Shown here: piece after piece, positions 55,736 through 64,000 of the stretch
Numbering within the stretch: the first letter of the stretch is position 1
Layout: every line of letters starts with the position of its first letter
NCBI GenBank assembly: GCA_963803025.1
Contig: CAWDKZ010000011.1
Location: 16,225-80,224 of the forward strand
Length of the DNA stretch: 64,000 nucleotides
Origin: an uncultured Acidimicrobiaceae bacterium
Lineage (GTDB): Bacteria > Actinomycetota > Acidimicrobiia > Acidimicrobiales > Bog-793
Direction: 5' to 3'
Translations under genes and position numbers: made by a program
Notes under the pieces: model-generated
What the model saw: only the letters and a program-made list of their open reading frames with translations
Told to the model about the DNA's origin: nothing
The model's database searches: none

Positions 55736-55796
55736 CGTTACGCAAATCGTGCAGCGGCGTCATTCTGCACGGCAGCCGCGCCTGCCGCAACCGACC

Positions 55797-56669
55797 TCAG
55801 GACGTCCCGCTCGTGGCGGGCGCGGGCGCGGGGTCGTGGCCGGCGGCGAAGCGCCGCGCCCGGGCGTCACGTCGGGAAAGGGCGATGAAGACGGTGACCA
55901 CCGTGCCGGCGTAGAGGAGGTAGGACATGAGTTGGAGCGCCGTCGGCTGGTCGGCGTAGCCGACGAGGGAGTGGAACACGTCGCCGATCGAGGAGCCCTC
56001 GGAGAGCTGGCGGCTCGTGTCCCAGAGGTGCCCCGACAGGACGTGCACCCAGCCGAGTTGCTGCAGGTTCTCGACGGCGTCGGCGACGAGCCCGGCGGCG
56101 AAGACCATGAGGAGCGTGCCGACGACGGTGAAGAAGATCCCGAGGTTGATCCGCCGGCCGAGCCGGTAGACGGCGAAGGAGAACCCGAGGGCGCAGACGA
56201 GCCCGGCCGCGGCGCCGAGCAGCGTGCCGTGCGTCCCGGTGGCGAAGACGACCGCGAGGGTGAACACCGCCGTCTCGAGGCCCTCCCGGCCGACCGCCTG
56301 GAAGGCGAGTAGCCCGAGGCCGTAGCGCTCTCTGCGGCCGAGGGCCCGGTCGGCGCGCGCCGCGAGGTCGCGCGACATCGAGCGCGCGTGGCGGCGCATC
56401 CAGAAGGTCATGTAGGTGAGCACGACGACCGCGACCACGTACGTCACCGTCTCGAAGATCGTCTGGACCCGCGAGCCATCGTAGGAATGGATCGTGTAGT
56501 AGGCGGTGAAGCCGCCGGCGGTCGCGAGCCCGGCGGCGAGACCGACGCCGAGGAACACGTCGCGGAAGTGGCGGCGCTGCCCGGACCGGTCGAGATACGA
56601 GCAGAGGATCGCGACGATGATGCTCGCCTCGGTGCCTTCGCGCAGGAAGATGACGAATGCCGCGAGCAC
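55797..56669 (-). CDS. FTR1/EfeU-family high-affinity iron permease
   Basis: Two REXXE motifs are present (FLREGTEA and GREGLETA) in a 7-TM-like protein. The GTG at 56669 gives the family-typical N-terminus (M)LAAFVIFLREG. The track start at 56735 would place the start codon inside an AT-rich palindromic region. Confidence 0.8.
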   Translation of the reverse strand: MLAAFVIFLREGTEASIIVAILCSYLDRSGQRRHFRDVFLGVGLAAGLATAGGFTAYYTIHSYDGSRVQTIFETVTYVVAVVVLTYMTFWMRRHARSMSRDLAARADRALGRRERYGLGLLAFQAVGREGLETAVFTLAVVFATGTHGTLLGAAAGLVCALGFSFAVYRLGRRINLGIFFTVVGTLLMVFAAGLVADAVENLQQLGWVHVLSGHLWDTSRQLSEGSSIGDVFHSLVGYADQPTALQLMSYLLYAGTVVTVFIALSRRDARARRFAAGHDPAPAPATSGTS

Positions 56670-56687
56670 GTTGCCCCCCGTGATCCC

Positions 56688-56744
56688 AATATCAGGTGTA
56701 CTTGACAATGTGCTTCCGGTCAACCTGATATTCATGGTTGACCG
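56688..56744. promoter_or_regulatory. Two nested perfect inverted repeats plus a TTGACA box in the FTR1/peroxiredoxin divergent intergenic region (candidate operator/promoter)
   Basis: IR1 is AATATCAGGT (56688-56697) against ACCTGATATT (56723-56732). IR2 is CGGTCAACC (56717-56725) against GGTTGACCG (56736-56744). TTGACA lies at 56702-56707. This is the most AT-rich spot in the neighbourhood. Confidence 0.4.
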
Positions 56745-56854
56745 ACTGACCGATTGCCAAGTCGTCGGGCCCGCCTGCCGTCGGCGTAGGGTGGACCGGG
56801 CCCGTGGGCCCGGGCGCGGTTCTCAAAGGTGGCCGGCGGTCGAGGAGGGTGGAC

Positions 56855-57340
56855 GTGACGATCGCAGTCGGAGAGCGAATTCCCGATGTCGAGCTCCGCA
56901 CGATGGGGCACAGCGGTCCGCAGCCGGTGCGCAGCACCGAGGTGCTCGGCCACGGCCGGGTCGTCCTCATCGGCGTGCCGGGTGCCTTCACGCCGACCTG
57001 CACGGACTTCCACTTGCCGGGCTTCGTCAGGCGGGCGGGGGAGCTGCGCGCGAAAGGTGTCGACCTGATCGCGTGCGTCGCGGTGAACGACGCCTGGGTG
57101 ATGGACGCCTGGGGGAGGTACCGCAGGGTCAGCGATGCGGTCCTGATGCTCGCCGACGGCAACGGCGAGTTCACCCGGGCGCTCGGCCTCGAGGAGGACC
57201 GCTCGGCGTCCGGGCTGGGCGTGCGGTCGCGGCGCTACGCGGCCGTGCTCGACGACGGTATCGTCACCTACCTCGGCGTCGAGCCCGAGCCTCCCGTGCT
57301 CAAGCTGAGCAGTGCCGAGGCGGTGCTCGCCGCCCTGTGA
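56855..57340 (+). CDS. Prx5-type (atypical 2-Cys) peroxiredoxin
   Basis: The active site is VPGAFTPTCT. A GGAGG RBS precedes the GTG at 56855, which gives the family-typical N-terminus (M)TIAVGERIPD. Confidence 0.85.
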   Translation: MTIAVGERIPDVELRTMGHSGPQPVRSTEVLGHGRVVLIGVPGAFTPTCTDFHLPGFVRRAGELRAKGVDLIACVAVNDAWVMDAWGRYRRVSDAVLMLADGNGEFTRALGLEEDRSASGLGVRSRRYAAVLDDGIVTYLGVEPEPPVLKLSSAEAVLAAL

Positions 57341-57385
57341 GGGCTCGCCGTGACGGACCGACGGCGGGATGTTGACATGATTGTG

Positions 57386-57395
57386 AGTGATCACT
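57386..57395. promoter_or_regulatory. Perfect 10-bp palindrome AGTGATCACT just downstream of a TTGACA box (57372-57377): candidate TetR operator
   Basis: Read directly from the sequence. It lies about 65 nt upstream of the proposed TetR ATG, in an AT-rich patch. Confidence 0.4.
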
Positions 57396-57461
57396 AACGT
57401 AATTGCCGTGACAGTGGTCCCCGACGTCGAGGCACCGGTGCCCAAGCGCAGTGGGCTGCGC

Positions 57462-58040
57462 ATGACCGCCGACGAGAGGCGGGCCGCGGTGCTCGCCGTC
57501 GCGCTCCGGATCTTCGCCCGCGACGGGATCAGCGGGGCGTCCACCGAGGAGATCGCGACCGCGGCGGGGATCTCCCAGCCGTACCTGTTCCGGCTGTTTG
57601 GGACGAAGCGCGAACTGTTCCTCGAGACCGTCGCGCTCGGCTGCGCCGCGATCATCCGGTCGTTCAAGGAGGCGAGCGAGGGTCTCGAGGGCGCCGAGGC
57701 GCTCGAGGCGATGGGGAGGAGCTACCCGGCGCTCATTGCCAATCACGACCTGCTCCTCATCCAGCTGCAGAGCTACGCGGCCTCCGGCGAGCCCGAGATC
57801 CGCGCGTTCACGGCGGCGCAGTTCGCGGGCATCGTTCACTACGTCGCGCACCGCACGGCACTCGGGCCGGCGGCGATGCGGGAGTTCTTCGCGACGGGGA
57901 TGCTCTGCAACCTCGTCGCTGCCCTCGGTCTCGTCGACCTCGACGAGCTCTGGGGTGATCTACGCGACGACCCGGGCGCGATGGACTTCCACGGTCCGTT
58001 CTACGCCCGTCCCGGTTGCGATCCGCCGCCGGCGCGCTAG
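57462..58040 (+). CDS. TetR-family transcriptional regulator
   Basis: The HTH is RRAAVLAVALRIFARDGISGASTEEIATAAGISQPYLFRLFGTKRELF. The ATG at 57462 is preferred because the track start at 57387 falls within the palindrome. Confidence 0.85.
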   Translation: MTADERRAAVLAVALRIFARDGISGASTEEIATAAGISQPYLFRLFGTKRELFLETVALGCAAIIRSFKEASEGLEGAEALEAMGRSYPALIANHDLLLIQLQSYAASGEPEIRAFTAAQFAGIVHYVAHRTALGPAAMREFFATGMLCNLVAALGLVDLDELWGDLRDDPGAMDFHGPFYARPGCDPPPAR

Positions 58041-58118
58041 TTCGCAGTGGCCTGGCGGAGTCGCTTTGTGCAAATGAAAACTAGTGACTACTTAGTACCA
58101 ACGGGGAAGGAGAGCAGT

Positions 58119-59570
58119 GTGAGGGCCAGTGCCGCAGTTCGACCCCGGATCCGCCGATCCGGCCACACGAGCCGCTCGAGCGTGTTCTGGGCAGTCCTCG
58201 TCACCGGCGTGGCGCAGTTCATGGCGGCGCTCGACAACCTCGTCGTCACGACGGCGCTGCCGGTGATCCGGCGCAGCCTCGGCACGGGCCTCGCCGGACT
58301 GGAGTGGACGGTCAACGCGTTCACGCTCAGCTTCGCTGTGCTGCTGCTCACGGGGGCCGCGCTCGGGGACCGTTTCGGTCGGCGCCGGATGTTCATCGTC
58401 GGGCTCGCACTGTTCACCGCTTCGTCGGCCGCGGCGGCCCTCGCGCCGAGCATCGACGTCCTCGTCGCGGCGCGGGCCCTCCAGGGCGCCGGCGGCGCGC
58501 TCATCGTGCCGCTCTCCTTGACCCTTCTCTCGGCGGGGGTGCCCGCGGCGCGTCGCAACGTCGCCCTCGGCATCTGGGGGGCGCTCGGCGGGCTCGCGGT
58601 CGCGGTCGGACCCCTCGTCGGCGGTGCCGTCGTCGAGGGGCTTTCCTGGCAGTGGATCTTCTGGATCAACGTGCCGATCGGGATCGCGCTCATCCCACTC
58701 GCCCGGTACCGCCTCGCGGAGTCCCACGGCGACCAGCGGCCGTTCGACGTGGCCGGCGTCGCGACGGCGAGCGCGGGACTGTTCGGGGTCGTCTTCGGGC
58801 TGGTCCGGGGTGGGGCGGTCGGCTGGACGAGTGTCGAGGTGCTGGCGAGCTTCGCCCTCGGGGTCGTCGCGCTCGGCGCCTTCTGCGCGGTCGAGCGGCG
58901 ATCGGCGCACCCGATGCTGCCGCTCGGGCTGTTCCGCCGGCGGGGCTTCTCCGTCGTGAACGGCGTCGCCGTGCTGATGAGCTTCGGGATGTTCGGGTCG
59001 ATCTTCTTCCTCGCCCAGTTCCTCCAGACCGTCCAGCACTACTCGCCGCTCGCTGCTGGGATCCGGACGCTGCCGTGGACGGGCATGCCCGTCGTCGTCG
59101 CGCCGCTCGCGGGAGCGCTCGTCGGTCGGCTCGGCGGACGCGCCCTCATCGCGACCGGACTCGCCCTGCAGGCGTTCGGACTCGGGTGGATCGCCGTCGT
59201 GCTCACGCCCGCGACGCCGTACGCGGACTTCATCCCCGCCTTCGTCCTCTCGGGCATCGGGATGGCGCTCTTCTTCGTCCCGGTCGCTTCGGTCGTCCTC
59301 GGCGAGGTGCCCCGCGCCGCCGAAGGCGTCGCGTCGGGCACGAACAACGCGCTGCGCGAGCTCGGCGGGGTGCTCGGCATCTCGGTGCTCGGTGCGGTGT
59401 TTGCGAGCTTCGGCAGCTACGCGAGCGGCGCGACCTTCGTCGCCGGGCTGATGCCGGCGCTGCGCGTCGGCGTCGGCGTCGTCGCCGCCGGCGCGCTCCT
59501 GGCGCACCTGCTCCCGGGTCGCCGTCGCCTCGACCCGCTGGCCGCAGTGGCCGCCCTCGAGGCCGCATGA
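58119..59570 (+). CDS. MFS transporter, DHA2 (EmrB/QacA-like, 14-TMS) drug:H+ antiporter family
   Basis: LDNLVVTTALPVI and LGDRFGRRRMFIVGLALF are motifs A and B. The protein has about 14 hydrophobic segments. A GGAAGGAGA RBS precedes the GTG at 58119. Confidence 0.85.
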   Translation: MRASAAVRPRIRRSGHTSRSSVFWAVLVTGVAQFMAALDNLVVTTALPVIRRSLGTGLAGLEWTVNAFTLSFAVLLLTGAALGDRFGRRRMFIVGLALFTASSAAAALAPSIDVLVAARALQGAGGALIVPLSLTLLSAGVPAARRNVALGIWGALGGLAVAVGPLVGGAVVEGLSWQWIFWINVPIGIALIPLARYRLAESHGDQRPFDVAGVATASAGLFGVVFGLVRGGAVGWTSVEVLASFALGVVALGAFCAVERRSAHPMLPLGLFRRRGFSVVNGVAVLMSFGMFGSIFFLAQFLQTVQHYSPLAAGIRTLPWTGMPVVVAPLAGALVGRLGGRALIATGLALQAFGLGWIAVVLTPATPYADFIPAFVLSGIGMALFFVPVASVVLGEVPRAAEGVASGTNNALRELGGVLGISVLGAVFASFGSYASGATFVAGLMPALRVGVGVVAAGALLAHLLPGRRRLDPLAAVAALEAA

Positions 59571-59635
59571 CGGGGGCCCCGATCGCGCTGGGGCGCGCAC
59601 GAGGGCGGGTGCGGCGGACCGATTAGATTCAAGGT

Positions 59636-60553
59636 ATGGCGAGCAAGAGCGAGACGACGGCCAAGACGTCTGCGGGCCGTGTGACGGCGACCAACCGGGT
59701 GAAGCGTGGCCTCGCAGAGATGTTGCGGGGCGGCGTGATCATGGACGTCGTCACGCCCGAGCACGCGCGCATCGCCGAGGACGCGGGAGCCGTCGCGGTG
59801 ATGGCTCTCGAGCGCGTCCCGGCTGACATCCGCCGCGACGGCGGTGTGGCGCGGATGAGTGACCCCGCGCTGATCGAGGCGATCAAGGCCGCGGTCACCA
59901 TCCCGGTCATGGCCAAGGCGCGCATCGGGCACTTCGCCGAAGCGCAGATCCTCGCCGCGCTCCAGGTCGACTACATCGACGAGAGCGAGGTCCTGACCCC
60001 GGCCGACGAGGCGTACCACATCGACAAGTGGGCGTTCGAGGTGCCCTTCGTCTGTGGCGCGACGAACCTCGGTGAGGCGCTGCGGCGGATCTCTGAGGGC
60101 GCGGCGATGATCCGCTCGAAAGGGGAGGCCGGGACCGGCAACATCGTCGAGGCGGTTCGGCACCTCCGTTCGATCCTCGGCGACATCGCCAAGATCGCGG
60201 CGTGCGACCCGACCGAGCGCTACGGGTGGGCGAAGGCCCTCCAGGCGTCGGTTGGCCTCGTCGAGGAGATCGCCGAGACCGGTCGACTGCCGGTTCCACT
60301 CTTCTGCGCCGGCGGCATCGCCACCCCGGCCGACGCCGCGCTCGTCATGCAGCTCGGCGCCGAGGCGGTCTTCGTCGGTTCGGGGATCTTCAAGAGCGAG
60401 GACCCCCCGGTGCGGGCGCGGGCGATCGTCGAGGCGACGGCGCATTTCCGCGATCCCGCAATCCTCGCCAAGGTGTCGCGCGGGCTCGGCACGCCGATGA
60501 AGGGCGCCGAGATCTCGACGCTCGAGACGAGGCTCGCCGAACGCGGCTGGTGA
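59636..60553 (+). CDS. pdxS: Pyridoxal 5'-phosphate synthase, lyase subunit
   Basis: [36 protein letters not shown] and GEAGTGN form the near-invariant PdxS pattern. Confidence 0.95.
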   Translation: MASKSETTAKTSAGRVTATNRVKRGLAEMLRGGVIMDVVTPEHARIAEDAGAVAVMALERVPADIRRDGGVARMSDPALIEAIKAAVTIPVMAKARIGHFAEAQILAALQVDYIDESEVLTPADEAYHIDKWAFEVPFVCGATNLGEALRRISEGAAMIRSKGEAGTGNIVEAVRHLRSILGDIAKIAACDPTERYGWAKALQASVGLVEEIAETGRLPVPLFCAGGIATPADAALVMQLGAEAVFVGSGIFKSEDPPVRARAIVEATAHFRDPAILAKVSRGLGTPMKGAEISTLETRLAERGW

Positions 60554-60554
60554 G

Positions 60555-61214
60555 ATGGCGGCGGAGATGACGGCCGCGGCGCGGGACCGCGCTGTCGCGG
60601 ACAGCGCGACGCCGGTGATCGGGGTCCTCGCCCTCCAGGGCGACGTCGCCGAGCACGCCGCCGTGCTGAGAGCGCTCGGCGTCGGCGTCGTGGAGATCCG
60701 CCTGCCGGCCGACCTCGCGCGCGTCGACGCCCTCGTGCTGCCGGGCGGGGAGTCGACGACGTTGCAGTTGCTCATCGATGCGGCCGGCTTGCGACCGCTG
60801 ATCGCCGCCCGGATCGCGGCGGGCATGCCCGTTCTCGGGACGTGCGCGGGGATGATCCTGCTCGCGACGACGGTGCTCGACGGCCGGTCGGACCAGTGGA
60901 GCTTCGGCGCGATCGACCTCGCGGTACGGCGGAACGCCTTCGGTCGCCAGATCGCGTCCTTTGAGGAGGACCTCGAGCTCGTCGGTGTCGCCGGCGGGCC
61001 GTTGCACGCCGTGTTCATCCGGGCGCCCGTCGTCGAGACGGTGGGGCGCGGTGTCGAGGTCATCGCCAGGGTCTCGCTCGCCGGGGACGGCAGCCGTCCG
61101 GTCGCCTGCCGGCAGGGGCGGGTGACCGTGACCGCCTTCCATCCGGAGCTGGTCGGCGACCGCCGCTTCCACGAGCTGCTCGTCGCCGACGCGGTGGCGG
61201 CCGCGACCAGCTAG
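60555..61214 (+). CDS. pdxT: Pyridoxal 5'-phosphate synthase, glutaminase subunit
   Basis: IGVLALQGDV, LPGGESTT, GTCAGMILLA (nucleophile Cys) and FHPEL are present. It starts 2 nt after pdxS. Confidence 0.9.
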   Translation: MAAEMTAAARDRAVADSATPVIGVLALQGDVAEHAAVLRALGVGVVEIRLPADLARVDALVLPGGESTTLQLLIDAAGLRPLIAARIAAGMPVLGTCAGMILLATTVLDGRSDQWSFGAIDLAVRRNAFGRQIASFEEDLELVGVAGGPLHAVFIRAPVVETVGRGVEVIARVSLAGDGSRPVACRQGRVTVTAFHPELVGDRRFHELLVADAVAAATS

Positions 61215-61273
61215 CCCCGGGTCGGGATGGGCTGCGCCGGTAGCCTCGGCGACGAGCGATCCAAGGAGATCCG

Positions 61274-61741
61274 ATGGCGGTCAAGGAACTCGGGCATCTC
61301 GTCCTGTACGTCCATGACCTCGAGCGTTCCGCCGCGTTCTACCGCGACGTGCTCGGCTGGCACCAGGTCATCGGCCCCGGTGGCGACGCCGCCGCGCCCG
61401 GCTCGTTCCCGGTCGCCGTCTTCAGCGGCGGTCACACCCACCACGAGCTGCTGCTGATCGAGGTCGGTCCCGACGCCCCCGGTCCGCTGACCGGGAGGCA
61501 CGCCGGCCTCTACCACTTCGGTCTGAAAGTCGGCGACTCCGACGACGAGCTGCGCGCGGCCCTCGCCCAGGTGATCGCGGGAGACGGCGAGGTCACCGGT
61601 ACCGCCGACCACGCGGTCACCCATAGCGTCTACATCCGTGACCCCGACGGGAACGAGGTCGAACTCTTCATCGACGTCCCGGGGGTCGACTGGCGCGATC
61701 CCGCGCTCCTCGTCGCTCCGATCCGGCCGCTCCGGCTCTAG
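61274..61741 (+). CDS. VOC-family (glyoxalase/dioxygenase fold) protein
   Basis: LGHLVLYVHDLERSAAFYRDVLGW, HHELLL, LYHFGLKV and SVYIRDPDGNEVELF form the VOC pattern. Confidence 0.75.
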   Translation: MAVKELGHLVLYVHDLERSAAFYRDVLGWHQVIGPGGDAAAPGSFPVAVFSGGHTHHELLLIEVGPDAPGPLTGRHAGLYHFGLKVGDSDDELRAALAQVIAGDGEVTGTADHAVTHSVYIRDPDGNEVELFIDVPGVDWRDPALLVAPIRPLRL

Positions 61742-61777
61742 GGGTGTCGGCGGGTCGGCTGCGGTCGACCGGTGGCC

Positions 61778-63268
61778 TCAGATGTCGTTCGCGAGGTAGT
61801 TCGGCGCGTCACGCACCCCGGACAGATCGTGCGGGTGGCTCTCCCGGTGTGCTTCGGGGCTCACGCGGATGAACTGCGCCTGCTCACGGAGCTGCGTGAT
61901 CGTGCGTGCCCCGCAGTAGCCCATCGCCTGGCGCAGACCCCCGACGAGCTGGTGGACGACCCCGCCGAGCGGTCCCCGGAAGGGCACGTAGCCCTCGACG
62001 CCCTCGGGCACGACCTTGTCGGGGTCGACGACGAGTTCCTGGGAATAGCGGTCCTTGGCGTACGAGCGGGTCGCCATCGCCGAGAGGCTCCCCATGCCCC
62101 GGTAGCGCTTCATCGGCCGGTTGCCGATCATCGTCGTCTCGCCGGGGCTCTCCTCGACGCCGGCGAACAGCCCGCCGATCATCACGGCGTGCGCCCCGGC
62201 GCCCACCGCCTTGGCGATGTCGCCCGAGAACCGCACCCCGCCGTCGGCGAGGATCCCGACGCCGCGGAGACGCGCCTCCCCGGCGCATTCGTGGATTGCC
62301 GTCCACTGCGGGACGCCGACCCCGGTCACGACCCGGGTCGTGCAGATCGCTCCCGGTCCGAGGCCGACCTTCACGACGTCGGCGCCGGCTGCGGCGAGCG
62401 CTCGCGTTGCCGTCGCCGTGCCGACGTTGCCGGCGATGATCACGCCGTCCGGCCAGATCTGGCGGAGCTCGGCGACCGCCTCGATCACGCGCCGGGCGTG
62501 GCCGTGCGCCGTGTCGACGCAGATCGCGTCGACCTCAGCGTCGATCAGCAGCTTGGCCCGGGCCAGACCCTCGCTGCCGACGCCGACCGCGGCGGCGACC
62601 CGCAGTCGTCCGTCGGCGTCCTTGCAGGCTTGGGGGAAGGCCGCCTGCTTCGTGATGTCCTTCACGGTGATGAGCCCACGCAACCGGTTGCCGTCGTCGA
62701 CGATCGGGAGCTTCTCGACCTTGGCGGCCTGCAGGATCCGGCGCGCTCCGGCGAGATCCGTGCCGACCGGCGCGGTGACGAGCCCGGTCGAGGTCATCAC
62801 CTCGGACACGAGCGCCCGGGGATCCTCGTGGAAGCGGAGGTCGCGGTTCGTCACGATCCCGACGAGGTGGTCGTCGGGATCGACGACGGGGATCCCCGAG
62901 ATGTGGAAACGGCCCATCAGCTCGAGCGCCTCGGCGACGGGACGGTCCGGTCCGATCTTGATCGGGTTGAGCACCATGCCGGCCTCGGAGCGCTTCACCC
63001 GGTCGACCTCCTCGGCTTGGCGCTCGATGGACATGTTGCGGTGGACGACCCCGAGCCCGCCGAGCCGAGCCAGCGCGATCGCCAACCGGGACTCGGTGAC
63101 CGAGTCCATCGCCGCCGACACGAGCGGGATGTTGAGCTCGAGACGGTCGCACAGGCGTGCCGTCGTGTCGACCTCGTGCGGCAGGACGTCGGATTCCTGG
63201 GGGACCAACAGGACGTCATCGAAGGTCAAGGCGATGCCGTCGGCGAACTGCGGATCGACGAGCGCCAC
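61778..63268 (-). CDS. guaB: IMP dehydrogenase
   Basis: LTFDDVLLVPQ is followed by a CBS pair, the catalytic loop GLGPGAICTTR, and GGVRFSGDIAKA. Confidence 0.95.
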   Translation of the reverse strand: MALVDPQFADGIALTFDDVLLVPQESDVLPHEVDTTARLCDRLELNIPLVSAAMDSVTESRLAIALARLGGLGVVHRNMSIERQAEEVDRVKRSEAGMVLNPIKIGPDRPVAEALELMGRFHISGIPVVDPDDHLVGIVTNRDLRFHEDPRALVSEVMTSTGLVTAPVGTDLAGARRILQAAKVEKLPIVDDGNRLRGLITVKDITKQAAFPQACKDADGRLRVAAAVGVGSEGLARAKLLIDAEVDAICVDTAHGHARRVIEAVAELRQIWPDGVIIAGNVGTATATRALAAAGADVVKVGLGPGAICTTRVVTGVGVPQWTAIHECAGEARLRGVGILADGGVRFSGDIAKAVGAGAHAVMIGGLFAGVEESPGETTMIGNRPMKRYRGMGSLSAMATRSYAKDRYSQELVVDPDKVVPEGVEGYVPFRGPLGGVVHQLVGGLRQAMGYCGARTITQLREQAQFIRVSPEAHRESHPHDLSGVRDAPNYLANDI

Positions 63269-63355
63269 GACGCACCACCTTCGCTTCGAGCCCGCGACGA
63301 CAGGGCTGGTGGTGTGAACAGTACCGACTACCCACCCGGGTCGCCGTCGGCCGGA

Positions 63356-63898
63356 CTACAGACCGACGACCTCCGAGCAGACCGGCCACGCCGACCAACC
63401 GGCGATGCGCTGCAGGCGAACGGCGGCACGATTCTGGACCACGGGCGGGGCTTCGCTCGGCAGGCCGTCGTAGCCGAGTTCCCACCACGTCGTCGGCGCG
63501 AACTGGTAGGCGCCGTAGTAGCCGTTGCCCGTGTCCTCGTCGTATCGGTCGCCCGACTCGCAGTCGCGCAGGGCGTGCCACTGCGCCGCCGTGGCGGCTG
63601 GCTCGGTCCCGATGCCGAGGCGGCGCACGGTCGCGACCCGTGGCAACCGGAGGGGTTCTGTGGCGAACAGGTACGGCGACGGGGTGGTTGCGGCGAGATC
63701 GTCGAGCAGCGGGCTCGAGGGCCCGACCGGCGCTTCGCCCGCCTGTCGGGTGCGCAACGCGTGCTGGAAGGCTCGGACGGCTTTCAAGTGGCCGGTGACG
63801 GTCGAGGTGCGCAGGCTGATCGCGCCGCCGCCGAACACGCCGGCGCCACCGAGGAGAACGATGGCAGAAGTGACCGCGAGCGAAGAGTGTCGTCGCAT
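63356..63898 (-). CDS. rpf: Resuscitation-promoting-factor-like secreted transglycosylase
   Basis: The C-terminal Rpf domain is W.ALRDCESGDRY...GNGYYGAYQF...TW, ending WPVC. It has a signal peptide, and an AAGGAGG RBS precedes the ATG at 63898. Confidence 0.8.
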   Translation of the reverse strand: MRRHSSLAVTSAIVLLGGAGVFGGGAISLRTSTVTGHLKAVRAFQHALRTRQAGEAPVGPSSPLLDDLAATTPSPYLFATEPLRLPRVATVRRLGIGTEPAATAAQWHALRDCESGDRYDEDTGNGYYGAYQFAPTTWWELGYDGLPSEAPPVVQNRAAVRLQRIAGWSAWPVCSEVVGL

Positions 63899-64000
63899 CG
63901 AAGGCCTCCTTGGATTGGGGATGGTCCACGTGGTCCAGGTGGGTCGAGATGCGGGCGAACCGTCTTGTTGCATCCGTCTCGCGGCCCGGTGCCGGCAGGG

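Noticed and set aside
63899-64000. A c-di-AMP (ydaO-type) riboswitch upstream of rpf, as is known for some actinobacterial rpf genes.
   Set aside because: Only about 100 nt of upstream sequence is inside the window and I see no diagnostic motif in it. This cannot be evaluated without the adjoining sequence.

Overview
About 64 kb of high-G+C (visibly around 70%) chromosome, most consistent with Actinomycetota: it carries Rpf, MurT/GatD, PdxS/PdxT, a class I (Streptomyces-type) xylose isomerase and a GNAT-first Pat-type acetyltransferase. All calls come from reading the ORF track and the sequence by eye, with no database search. Layout: (1) 1-9996 is a decayed integrative/conjugative-type island abutting the 3' end of tRNA-Gly(GCC). 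It holds ardA (partial), an orphan beta-class DNA methylase, a Replic_Relax protein, a TraD/TraG coupling-protein remnant cut by an IS1182-like IS, a 10-unit 44-aa repeat (propeller-like) gene with an in-frame TAA, a serine recombinase ATGA-coupled to a frameshifted tyrosine integrase, and an NYN-domain protein. (2) Core genes follow: dut, orn, a two-component cluster (2 response regulators plus a convergent kinase), Pat-like acetyltransferase and msrA. (3) A 1.57-kb stretch has no convincing gene. (4) A pentose cluster contains a sugar ABC transporter, aldo/keto reductase, xylA (frameshifted in a G run), xylB, araB, araA, araD and a convergent AraM-like glycerol-1-phosphate dehydrogenase. (5) Next come a SulP/STAS permease, an orphan LuxR-type response regulator, a CHAD protein, a secreted helical protein, a single-ORF MurT-GatD fusion, a frameshifted shikimate-dehydrogenase-like gene, rhodanese, tldD/pmbA and pyk. 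(6) 45.4-52.5 kb is a lower-G+C, partly decayed accessory patch: an SPFH plus ribbon-helix-helix pair, a SAM methyltransferase, secreted proteins, hemerythrin, a YceI-like remnant and about 1 kb without a gene. (7) The window ends with a cobalamin riboswitch plus BtuFCD-like ABC importer, an orphan FTR1 iron permease, peroxiredoxin, TetR plus MFS, pdxST, a VOC protein, guaB and rpf. I found no CRISPR array and no rRNA. No clearly novel multi-gene system could be demonstrated. The best leads are the recombinase-flanked repeat-gene cassette, the MurT-GatD fusion, the gene-less 1.57-kb region and the unusually high density of gene-disrupting lesions.
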